From Tubulanus polymorphus (taxonomy: Eukaryota; Animalia; Nemertea), in assembly GCF_964204645.1 (NCBI RefSeq), contig NC_134028.1:22254345-22318344 (forward strand): 64,000 bases of DNA, read 5' to 3'. Shown here piece by piece: positions 53,236 to 64,000 of the stretch (its first letter is position 1; each line of letters begins with the position of its first letter). Position numbers and translations under genes: made by a program. Below the pieces are notes generated by a model that did no database searches, had not been told where the DNA came from, and saw only the letters and a list, made by a program, of their open reading frames with translations.

Positions 53236-54571
53236 TTATTTCGACTTTCGAGGACAGATTTTATTGCTGATGAAACCAACTTTGAATGCGTCGATCATCA
53301 GGCATTCCCATTCTAATCTGTCACAAGCGGTTTCGCTGTTCGGGATATCTAGGAATGATTGTGAAAAAACAGATATAAATCACACAATTGAGAGTGTTTT
53401 TTATTCCTGAACCTATTTTTCAAATATGTCCCCGGAATGAAACAAAACAGTCGTAGGTTCTACCATGTAATCTAATGGGAAACTACGAGTACTGCCATGG
53501 CAAGCAAGCATCCGCCAGGTTCGCTAGTAGTTACTCGGTCATTCGCGTTCAATTTCTTCTACATTTTTAATGAAACCGAACGAACTTTTCTCTTAAACAG
53601 ATCAAATGTTATGGAAACTACACCGACATCTGAGTAGAAAAATGAATTAAAAGTATATTTGTAGGGTCATATGATATGATAATGCGTGGATTCGGGAGCC
53701 TAAAAATTCAGTTTGAAATTCATCGAAAATGAACTGATTTTGACAACGAAAGACTAAGAATTCGTTGCGTCATCTGGCGGGGAAACCTGGCGTTGTACCT
53801 CCCTTTTAAAAATCGATAAAACTTACGTAAACTCTCTCGATGCTGGTAAAAAACTTCCATAGAACACAGCTGTTGGTCACACTCGTTTTCAATTTCCCGA
53901 CAATCATTATCTAACTTAGGATGTATTTCACGCATCTTTTCATCACAATCGATAAATTCGTTAGCGATTAACGGTTGTTTACGGCCTTTATCACAAAACG
54001 TCGCTGAAAAAGCACATCCTCTCTCACACAAACTCATATTTTTATTCTTACAATCGCATTTATCAATGACTGCTGTAAAAACCTCTTGAGCCACATCGTC
54101 ATCAGTTTCTATCTCACCGACATCAACCCTCCGACAACCACTTTTTTCTACACAGTGAAACACACATTTTGATTAGCAAAGGCTGGCGGTATTTGAGGTT
54201 TAGATTAAATGCAACGAACCCCCTGAGTTAATTAACAGTTTAACTGCCTGAGTTGGAAACCAGTAACAAGATAAGACGCGCATATTTGGAACAGGTCATT
54301 CGTGTTGATCATTCCAGCGGATTAGAAATGTGATACCGATGACCAAGTCATCATACAACAATATGGAACAAAATCCAGTGAAAGCTTTCTCAGCCCACAG
54401 GTGATTGCTCGTTACATGTATTAGGAGCCCAGTGACTGGGTACACTTACAGCGAGCTTTCGTGAATGTGTCCCCTCTACACACATACAGTTAACATACCT
54501 TGAATATCAGCGCCGTTGACTACCGCGATCATCAGCAGAACAAAAGCCAAAAACATCTTCATAGTAACCAT
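53236..54571 (-). CDS. Secreted cysteine-rich protein, paralogue 1 (168 aa; exons 54571-54499, 54147-53827, 53348-53236)
   Basis: GT-AG introns, both phase 1, joined frame open: MVTMKMFLAFVLLMIAVVNGADIQEKSGCRRVDVGEIETDDDVAQEVFTAVIDKCDCKNKNMSLCERGCAFSATFCDKGRKQPLIANEFIDCDEKMREIHPKLDNDCREIENECDQQLCSMEVFYQHRESLHIPNSETACDRLEWECLMIDAFKVGFISNKICPRKSK. Hydrophobic signal peptide; AATAAA at 53101-53096. Confidence 0.85.
53477..53803 (-). mobile_element. MITE family M1 copy in intron 2 of paralogue 1
   Basis: Aligns by eye with 57112-57456 (gccaggttcgctag, gaacttttctctt, ccgacatctgagtag, catctggcggg). Confidence 0.7.
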
Positions 54572-55045
54572 TGTAGACCATTCACACATTCTGAGTAAAC
54601 AAGGGAAGCTGTAGCGTATTTATTCACAGTAGCGGATAAAAAAGTTCAGAACTTATGTCAGGATTTACCATAAGGGAGCAATCGATTTGTAATGACAATT
54701 TATGTCACGATGCAGCATTTATTTTTAATTAATATTTTCTATTTATTCAGTAACAGTCACGTAGGCACAGTATGTACGTAATAACGATATTCACAGAAGA
54801 TGAAGCATAATGTTTTTCGTTTAAAGCTTGTATCACGTCTAAACCGGGTTCCGTGGTTCATCCTGTTATCTTATTTTAGTAACAGTAGAAGTTTGTATAT
54901 CATCACGAGAAAGTTACACATTCAAATACGATATAATACACAAAAAACCAAGAATGCCATTAGCGTCTGAATTGCAATAGATTTTATTCTCAATTTCAAG
55001 ATTTACTAGACATTAAACCTTTTGATAGAACATTACAATTTGGAA

Positions 55046-55326
<281 letters not shown>

Positions 55327-55541
55327 CTGAGGTTAACGCTAGCGAATTCCTTACCAGATATACCTACCATATACGACATGATTCACTAAAAAAAAATCCA
55401 TAAACGACATTGGGTTCTGTATTTTGACGAATTTTTTTCAATTTCATTATTTACAAGATTAGAATATCATATTTTTAGAAGTTCTTATAAGTGATTTATG
55501 CAGGTTGAGATGTAGCATTCATCAAACAGTCTTAGATTCGG

Positions 55542-56307
55542 TTATTCCGACTTAGGACAAAGTTTATTGGTGGCAAACCTAGTGTTGATTGCATCGAACA
55601 CCAGACATCCCCATTCCAATCTGTTACTAGCAGTTTTGCTGCCCGAGATATCTGGAAAAAGATTGTGAAAAAACCGATCCAAATCAAACAATTGAGGAAA
55701 AACAAGTATGTATTCTTTAAGCGACACAAGACAAGATCATAATTGATTGTGGGATTTCTATTTCAAAACAAAGAAAAAAAATGAATGTCATTCTTTAAAG
55801 TCTTAAACATATTTTCCTTGTTTTTGCACCTCTTGAGCACGCAACGCGATATCTTTCCTCGTATCTCACATCCTAACTGGATTGGCTTTTGCTTGTATAT
55901 ATTTCGCTATATTTGAATTTATGTAATAAGGCTTTTTGCAGTTTCCAGGCGCCATTCTTTGGGTACCCTGGGTCCGCATTGTTGAATTTAGTGTCCCTAT
56001 TTTTCCTCTGCTTAATAAGCCTTTTTACAGTTTCCAGGCGCCATTTTTGGGTACTCTGGGTCCGCATCTATGTCAGAATGTTTTCGCTTCATCGTTTGTT
56101 CACATTATTTAAGTTTGTCACCGGTTAACGGTTGTCTACGGCCCTTATCGCAAATCACAGCTTGATAAGTACATTCTCTGTTACAGTAAGATATGTGGTT
56201 ACATCTGCATTTATCTTTGATTGCTGCATAAATCCCGTCAACCACGTCGTCATCAAATTCTACTTCACCGATAATTCTACCATCATCCCTCCGATAACCA
56301 CTTTTTT
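55542..56307 (-). pseudogene. Pseudogene copy (paralogue 2) of the cysteine-rich family
   Basis: Exon 3 intact (55651-55542, ISGSKTASNRLEWGCLVFDAINTRFATNKLCPKSE*). Exon 2 acceptor AG changed to CG, first Cys changed to Tyr, in-frame TAA at 56107-56105, 3' part replaced by unrelated sequence; exon 1 and promoter absent. Confidence 0.85.
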
Positions 56308-56849
56308 CGACACAGTGGAAAACACATTTTGAAGGATAAAGGCTGGTAGTATCATAAGTATTTGAGACTTAATTATGCAATGAAGTGTCGGGGTTGGATA
56401 CCAGTGACGAGTTACGACATTTGTTACCGATCACTAAGCCACAAAAAAGAACAATTATGGAGCAAAATCCACGAAAGCATAACCAGCCTAGACGATGGCT
56501 AGTTATACGTCTAAGGAGCTTAGTCACTAAGTAGGGTTACAGAAGCCCAGCTTGTATTACGTCTAAACCGGGTTTCGCGGTTCAACCTGTTTTCTTATTT
56601 TTGTTGCATGCAGTTTGTATATCATCACGAGAAAGCTACAAAGCCGAGGTCGATGCTGGAAAATTCCTACCAAATACAATACAATACACGAGAAACCATG
56701 AACGATATTAGCATTCTGTAAATCGACGAATTTTATTTTAAATTACAAGATTAACAAGACTGATTTTGCTGATAGTTCGTAAGTAAAACATATTCCGATT
56801 GAGAAGTAGTTATTATAGGTTTGGATTCATGGAATAGTTGTAGATTCGG

Positions 56850-58708
56850 TTATTTCGAACCAGGACAGATTGAATTGCTGGCAAACCCGGTTTTGTACGC
56901 ATCGAACAGCAGGCAATCAAATTCTAATCTGTTTCTAGCAGTTTCGCTGGCCGGGATATCTGGTAAAAGATTGTGAAAAACGGATCAAAATCACATAATT
57001 GAGGTAAACAAGTGTTTGTATTTCAAGCATTAGGAAAAAAGACATTTCATCAAGTATGCGATTTCTGTTCACAAACAAGGAGGAAAACATCTTTCAATGT
57101 CAATTTTAAATGGGGTACCCGCAGTGCTTCTGTGGCAATCTAGGATTCCACATATGACAGGCGGGTATCTGCCAGGTTCGCTAGAAGATGGTTGGTCTTC
57201 CGATTTCTTCGACATTTCAATTCAATTTAAATGAACTTTTCTCTTCAATGAATCAATTATTTATGTAGAATATACCGATATCCGAGTAGGAGAATGAACG
57301 AATTGTATATTTGATGGGTACTGTGATAATGTATGGATTCGTGATGCTAAAAACCCAATTCAAAGTTCATTGAACATTAACTTATTTTGGATTGATAACG
57401 CACGAACTACTGCTCATCACGCCATCTGGTGGGATAGCTAGTATTGCGGGTTCTCCTTCCATTCTTATTCTTATTTCTCGTGTTTTTTTTCACCTCTTGC
57501 GGGCAGATACACGATATCTTTACTTGTATCATCCTCATCGGATTGTCATTTAATATCTGAATATTTGAATATCGTATTGTATTTTAATGCTTTTAACATT
57601 TACACATTTTACTCTTGATGAATCTTCGTATTTCTCACACATGCGGTATTGTAAGAGAGATAATTACGAAAACGTCGTGATAACATATTTGTAGAAAAAA
57701 TGAAATGCGAGGGTTTATTCCGAGTTGATGAACTGTCACCGAGGCCCAGTTTCACGAATAAGTTTAAGCCTAAAACGGTTAAGTTAGAATCGTTGTCCCC
57801 GTAGAAGATATGAAGTTACCGATAGCGCAAAAATTAACTGCAAACATTTTAGTTAAACTTTTTTTGCGAAACTGGGCCCAATGTCACACGAAGATAATTA
57901 TACACAAAGTCACCGGTTCAAACATGAATCGATTTCGTTTACGAGTCAACGAATCATCAACCGCCTCAAAAAGGGTTTTCAATAAACGAAGAAAAACTTA
58001 CATAAACTCGCTCGATGCTTGTAATACAATTTTGACGTACACAGTCGTCCGTCACACAGGCTTGTCGTTATGTTCTCACATTTACGGATTTCAGGATATA
58101 TGTCAACTATTTTCTTTTCGCATTCGGTAAATTCGTCACCGGTTAACGGTTGTTTGAGGCCTTCGCCGCAATCCATCTGTGGGTAAACGCACGCGTTGTC
58201 ACACGCATTGATGTCCTCACAGTCGCATGTTTTTGCAATTGCCTCAAAAACCTGGTTACTCAAATGGTCATTAAATTCTACCTCACCGACATCAACCCTC
58301 CGACATTCACTTTGCTCTACACAGTGAAAAACACATTTTGATGAGAATAGGCATGAGACAATAACACATGAGAATAGGCTGTCTGGTAGTATAATAAGAA
58401 TATTTGAGGCATAGATATATGCAAGGAACTGTCAGTGGTAGATACCAGTGACGTGACGTGTTAGCTTTTGTTTTGTTAAGATGACCAACATCCCCCCCCC
58501 GAAAAAAACAACCTAATAACAAACTCCAACGAAAGCTTGCTCAGCTAAGTCGATGGCTAGTTATACGTAGTAGGAGCCAAGTGGCTAAGCAGCTTTCGTG
58601 AATGAATCCTCTCTACACACATACAGTACAAATACCTTGAATATCAGCGCGAATGACTACCGCGATCGTCAGCAGAACTAAAGCGAAAAGCATTTTCGTG
58701 TAGACCAT
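56850..58708 (-). CDS. Secreted cysteine-rich protein, paralogue 3 (165 aa; exons 58708-58636, 58316-58002, 56959-56850)
   Basis: Same splice positions and phases: MVYTKMLFALVLLTIAVVIRADIQEQSECRRVDVGEVEFNDHLSNQVFEAIAKTCDCEDINACDNACVYPQMDCGEGLKQPLTGDEFTECEKKIVDIYPEIRKCENITTSLCDGRLCTSKLYYKHRASLYIPASETARNRLEFDCLLFDAYKTGFASNSICPGSK. AATAAA at 56737-56732. Confidence 0.87.
57112..57456 (-). mobile_element. MITE family M1 copy in intron 2 of paralogue 3
   Basis: TIRs ggggtacccgca / tgcgggttctcc; reverse complement of 6319-6629; empty site visible in paralogue 2 (about 55790-55810). Confidence 0.8.
57742..57879. mobile_element. Short MITE with GGCCCAGTTTC TIRs in intron 2 of paralogue 3
   Basis: aggcccagtttcacgaa ... 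ttgcgaaactgggccc. Confidence 0.6.
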
Positions 58709-59540
58709 TGTTGAAATGAAACAGATTCTGATTCAACAGGGGAAAGTTAAGCGTATATATTCAATCTGGTAGCAATATGACATAACACATCTCACAGAAG
58801 CGGATAAAAATCTGACTATTTCAGCCAACGTATCACCAGTAGGAAGCGATCGATTTGTATTGACAATTTATGTCACGATGTTCAACATTCATTTTCAATT
58901 TCCATATTCTATTCAGTAACAGCCACGTAGACATTGTATGGATGAGAAGACGGTAATATTGTCCAACGGATAGTGGACATTATTTGTAGACCGAGGATTT
59001 AAAGCCTTGCACACCACTTTCACCATATATGTAAATATTCTGAAATTTGATAACTTGCGTTAGTGTTAATTCTTACTCTTTCATTGCTGTCAGATGTCCA
59101 ACAAAATATATATATCTTTTTTCCCTTGTTGATTATATTCTGCTTATCAACAATAGTGCAAGATAACGTGATGAATAAATATTGATTGATTTATTGTACT
59201 AGCGTGACGAGAAAACGGGTACCACGCGCTGGCGCCATCTATGACTAAGTCGTGGCACTCGTGACTGTTCAGAAGCCAATCGGATAGCTTGCGCCTTTGT
59301 CTCTTTCTCTTGTTCTGCGTCACAATAGGCAGACCGACCAAACTCCTACCAGATACCATATAACACACACAAAAACTATGAATGCGATGAGGTTCTGTAT
59401 TTTACCAAAATTTTTTCTCAATTTAAAGATTCAAAAGACTGATTTGCGATAGAATATAATTTTAAGGAAGTTCGTATGAGATATGCGGATTGAGAACGGA
59501 TTATTAAAAGGTAGCATTCAACACATAGTTGTAGATTCGG

Positions 59541-60829
59541 TTATTTCATCCTAGGACAGATTGTATTCCTGCTAGCCCCATATTTGTACGCATCGAACAT
59601 TAGGCATTCCCATTCTAATCTGTTACTCGCAGTGTCGCTGTCCGGGATATCTGGGAAAAGATTGTGAAAAAAAACAGAACAAAATCACACAATCGATGAA
59701 AACAATTGCCTTTTGCTAAAACGTCGGACGAAAAACAAGATATTTCGATTTCATCCATACACCGAGGAAGATATCTTTCAACATCATTTTTAGATTATTA
59801 TCCAGATATTGCATCATTGTATCACCCTTTCAGGATTTTGCCATTGACGAATATTGCACGAATATTCATCAATAAACCAGTAGAATAAAGTTAAATGCAA
59901 AAAATCACCATGGTAGTTGTTTAAACAAACTCTAAAAAAACGCGGAAAAAACTTAGAGTGAAATCCTAAATAGAAATAATGCCCCCCGGACGCTTCCTAC
60001 AGCAGTCGAAGGTTCAACCGTGAAATCTAATTCGATTGTAAGTCGCCGAAAAGGGTTTTCAAAAGGAGTTTTCAAAAATCAGAATCAGTTTTTCAAAAAT
60101 CAGTTTTCAGACCGTCAAAAAGAGGTTTTGAAAACGATAGAACTTACGTAATTTCGCTCGATGCTTGTAGTACACTTTAATCTGACAAAGTTGCTGGTCA
60201 CACGTGTTAACAATATCATCACAGATAACGACGGCACGATGTATTTCGCGTATCTTGATTTTACAATCATGAAGTTCTATGCCGGTTAACGGTTGTTTAA
60301 GGGCTTTATCGCAAACTATCGCTGGGTAACTGCATTCATTGTCACACGATTCGATAGGGTCACACTCGCATTCAAGTTTAACCGCATCAAAAACCTTATC
60401 AGTCACATTCGGATTATATCCTACATTACCAACATCTTCCCTACGACAACCACTTTTCTCTAGAGAGTGGAAAAAACATTTTGAGGCTGGGAGTATCATA
60501 AGTATTTGATGCCTAGATATATGCAATGTCGGGGTTAGCTGTTATGAAGACACGCACATTTGGAACCGGCCCTGATTCATCAGTCCAAATACATAAGATA
60601 CAAGAAAACACGGAGAAGAAAATGCGATACCGATGACCAAAAAAAGGAAAAAACGTTACGGAACATCATCTAATGAAAGCTTGTTCGGCCTAGTCGATTG
60701 CTAGCGATGGCAACAAGTAGACTCAAAGCGAGCTTTCGTGAATTTGTCAAAATCACCTGGATTATCAGCTCGAGTGTGTACCGCGAACGTCAGCAGAACA
60801 AAAGCGAAAAACATCTTCGTAGAAACCAT
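59541..60829 (-). CDS. Secreted cysteine-rich protein, paralogue 4 (164 aa; exons 60829-60757, 60459-60148, 59650-59541)
   Basis: Same splice positions and phases: MVSTKMFFAFVLLTFAVHTRADNPEKSGCRREDVGNVGYNPNVTDKVFDAVKLECECDPIESCDNECSYPAIVCDKALKQPLTGIELHDCKIKIREIHRAVVICDDIVNTCDQQLCQIKVYYKHRAKLHIPDSDTASNRLEWECLMFDAYKYGASRNTICPRMK. Confidence 0.87.
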
Positions 60830-61783
60830 TGTGGAATTAAAGCAGATTCTGATTCAACAGAGGAAAATGTAGCATAGGGGCCTATATATATATATATATA
60901 TATATTCAGTCTGGTAGCAATGTGATAGGCGGATAAAAAATACAGACAATCTATGGTGGAGCAATCGATTTGTAATGCCACGATACTCAGCATTTATTCT
61001 AATTTTTAATCGTCATATTCGATTCAGTAATAACTATGTAGAAAATGCATGGATGAAAAATCTATTTATTTTCAATTTCCATCTATTCAGCAACAGTCAC
61101 GTAGGCCAATGTGTGTATGTAAGAATGATATATACAGAAGATCATGCGCCATGGATTGTTTCATGTTGGTTAAAGCCTGTTTTGTATTCTAACCGAAATC
61201 TAGTGGCAGATACTCAGATATCGGTATAGTTTTGTTTGATAATTGATTTATCTACGAAAAGTTCACACAGTTTCAATTGAATCGTAGAAGAAATTGAAAT
61301 GGGAAGACCGAATTTCTACTAGTGTTACCTGGTGGATCCTCGCCTGCCATAAGTGGAATCCTCGATTGCCACAGGGAGTCGTAGGTTCCCCGTTGGCCGC
61401 GTCTCGATTTATCAATGTACCGATAAAAATGTCATCATATCTTATTTCATGAATACCAATTTATTTAAGGGATACTAGCAAACATCACCACAATGGCGTG
61501 ACTAAAGGTCGGTTTTGTGTTGCAGTTCCATTTACAATCAATCAGTCAATTTAGAAATTGGAAATCAAACAAGTCATTACAAATAGATACGTAGATAATT
61601 CATTGTTTGACTCGATATTTGATTCTAAATTTGATCGAAATGCAGAAGAGAACGATTAACCACTGGCGACATCTGACGGATCCTCGCGGAATCCTCGCTT
61701 GCCACAGCACCCGTTTTTGCTATGATACAAATTTTTCCACTAATTTCAAATATTGTCGTGTTTTAGTGTCTTGCAATGACAAA

Positions 61784-62938
61784 CTAACACTTATATAGTT
61801 TTACAGGTCTGTACTCGGGAGGAACGTATTGAGCGGCGTAAATCTTAAACAACGTTCTCAAATCAGCGATGTTTTTGTCGGATGACGACACATTTTGTCG
61901 GGATACGGACATCAGTTTTGCAGTAGAGGGCGCCACCTGACGAGCGGTGCGCACCGCGGCGCGTTCCTCCGATCCATGTTCGTTCATCATCCTCGTATCT
62001 TCCATCTCGGAGATCTTCTCCAGTAACTTCTGTTTTGCGTTGATGACGTCGTAGACGGACTGGTGCCCGGTGATCTGGTGGAAGTGACCGCGAGAGATGA
62101 CCGGTAGTCGCACCGTGTCGACGGTGGCGCCACCACTTGTCTGATCGAGGAGCGGCACGTGCACGTGTTTGCACGTGTGGTTCATCGAACGCAGATATAT
62201 CGAACTCATTGTGTTATTGCGTGTCAGTAATGGCGGCTGCGGACGCGGGGGCACGAATCCACCGCCGGAATGCGTGACCGGTCTTTGCTCGATGACTTTA
62301 GCCTGGAACCCAGCCGAGCGACAGGCCCACTCCTCCGCGTTCAAATAGAATTCGTTATCGCGAAGCGTCGGACAGGCCTCCCCTAGCGTTAGTAAATCGT
62401 AGGCGATTTCGTAGTGACCGTATTTAGCGGCCAGAAGCAGGGCTGTATACCCGAGGCAGTTACGGTGGTCGATCGCCATTCCGTACTTACTCAGAGTCGC
62501 CACCAGACCGCGCGCTATTTCCATATGACCAGTTATCGCGGCGTAGTTCAACGGCGTATTACCATCGTTATCCGCTTCGTTCAAACTCAACATGTCTTCC
62601 TTGAGGATGAGTCCGGCGATTTTCTCCTGGCCGTTCAGGCAAGCGTACGCCATGGCCGTACGCCCCAGGTTGTCTTTCACGCCGAGTAAAGCCCCCGCTC
62701 GCAGTAACAACACGGCCATTTTGGCACCGATCACCCGGTTACCGACCAAACACGCCAACATCAAAGGCGTCCGCCCGTACATATCCTTCTTATCGACGTT
62801 CACGTTATATTTGGTGACGAGGATTCGAACCTGGGACACCCGTTCGTCTAACACGGCCTGGTGTAAAGCTGTCTTTATCGGTCGTAGATTTACGACGCGT
62901 TTTGCACTAACCGGCAGCGAGTCTCGAGTTTCAGACAT
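61784..62938 (-). CDS. Ankyrin repeat protein, ANKRD63/ANKRD34-like, single coding exon, 384 aa
   Basis: About five N-terminal ankyrin repeats (TALHQA, GRTPLMLA, GRTAMAYA, GNTPLNYAA, GYTALLLAA) followed by a divergent C-terminus; LVATLSKYGMAIDHRNCLGYTALLLAA recalls the ANKRD63 repeat 4-5 junction; GC-rich coding-like composition. Confidence 0.9.
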   Translation of the reverse strand: MSETRDSLPVSAKRVVNLRPIKTALHQAVLDERVSQVRILVTKYNVNVDKKDMYGRTPLMLACLVGNRVIGAKMAVLLLRAGALLGVKDNLGRTAMAYACLNGQEKIAGLILKEDMLSLNEADNDGNTPLNYAAITGHMEIARGLVATLSKYGMAIDHRNCLGYTALLLAAKYGHYEIAYDLLTLGEACPTLRDNEFYLNAEEWACRSAGFQAKVIEQRPVTHSGGGFVPPRPQPPLLTRNNTMSSIYLRSMNHTCKHVHVPLLDQTSGGATVDTVRLPVISRGHFHQITGHQSVYDVINAKQKLLEKISEMEDTRMMNEHGSEERAAVRTARQVAPSTAKLMSVSRQNVSSSDKNIADLRTLFKIYAAQYVPPEYRPVKLYKC

Positions 62939-63971
62939 TTTAAATGTTGATCAATATTGAACGAGATCTTCGAAACGAGAGATATCAATAAGATGCTGTA
63001 CCCGTCAGTTTCTTTTTAAACGAAAAGTTCCTTCGATACAGTTTACTGTTGACACACACAACGTACGCAACACCGTAGGTTCCTAACATTCGACTTCACG
63101 TCCACTGAGAAATCGCCAAGGCAAACAGTACTGTGTCAGTAATCAAGTCACAGTGAACGATCTTTAAACACGTCGGATATAGCGTGTCGATTCGTTGCGG
63201 TCGAGTGAATGTGAAACAGGTGTAGTCCTATATACGTATATACATACGCACGGTGTTTTGTGTGAATTCCCTGGCGACGTCACAGCGGTTGGTCGTGCAC
63301 CGCTATGACGTGAACTCTTGGCATCGGCCTGAAAACAGTGGCATTTATTAATAGGATAAGATATAGCACGTTCCGTATATAGTATGTTTACCTATCGGCA
63401 GATTTCAAATTCGGTGTGACTGGCGATGGGCTGGATGGACAGGGCATTAATGTTCTCTGACCCCAAAAGTTACGAAGCAATTTTCTTTTCATTATTATTT
63501 CTTTATTTTGTATCATCGTTCGTGAAAATGGTTCATTAATATCATATCTTATCGCTTAGTTAAGTGCCCAATTGGTGTATTTGTTCTTTGTTGTAAGTAT
63601 ACATCATAATTGTGTGTAACTTTATTATTCCTGAAATTGGCTGTTAGGATAAAGTCAAAACTTCGAATGAATTATTAGCTCAAGCTGGTTTATTGTTTAA
63701 GGAAACATCGAATAAACTACCAGCTCAGGGAAACATTTTCGGTCTTTAATTTTTCGCCTTTATTGTGATAGATGGATAGATACTTATTTTTCGTAAACCG
63801 TACATACAATATAATTGATAAACGATACTATTATCTATTATTTATTTTTATTTTTTTTTTTTTTTTGGGGGGGGGGGTATTCTCGTGTTACAATATCGTC
63901 ACAACACGATTATAGTATATATCAATGGTAATCTCTCTGGATAATGTTTATTGGTAGCATCGTAAGTAGCA

Positions 63972-63987
63972 CCGGTAGGTGGCAGCA
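63972..63987 (+). promoter_or_regulatory. CTCF-like binding motif
   Basis: CCGGTAGGTGGCAGCA; motif match only. Confidence 0.35.
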
Positions 63988-64000
63988 GTATATATTTAAG

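Noticed and set aside
53720-53826. Apparent MITE-derived C-terminal extension of ORF 53720..54163, and the RKFYRF-type tails of ORFs 57979..58263 and 60107..60526
   Set aside because: The conserved tail start is the splice donor GTAAGT. These tails are intron read-through, and a conserved in-frame exon 3 exists downstream.
60260-60285. HDC in paralogue 4 resembling a phospholipase A2 His-Asp site
   Set aside because: Not conserved (IDC, TEC in other copies); no CCxxHDxC motif or calcium-binding loop.

Overview
This is eukaryotic, invertebrate-type genomic DNA (AT-rich, CpG not visibly depleted, many MITEs and microsatellites). The taxon is not determinable from the window; a bilaterian invertebrate is inferred from the FoxD and ANKRD63-like genes. 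Recognisable genes are an intronless FoxD forkhead transcription factor (17486-18907, +), an intron-containing tRNA-Leu(CAA) (32730-32845, -) and an intronless ANKRD63/ANKRD34-like ankyrin gene (61784-62938, -). About 34 kb downstream of FoxD is apparently free of recognisable protein genes. The main discovery, which the ORF track shows only in fragments, is a head-to-tail tandem array at about 52.7-61.2 kb (- strand) of a three-exon gene family. It encodes 164-168 aa secreted proteins with a signal peptide and a conserved 12-cysteine scaffold that I cannot assign to a known family: three intact paralogues, one pseudogene and one orphan upstream block. The mature proteins are strongly diverged while introns and flanks remain alignable. 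Other notes: a MITE family carrying a CTCF-like motif, Penelope-type hammerhead remnants, a candidate Ala/Pro-rich terminal exon and candidate non-coding transcription units upstream of FoxD. All gene models and alignments were done by eye; no database searches were run.
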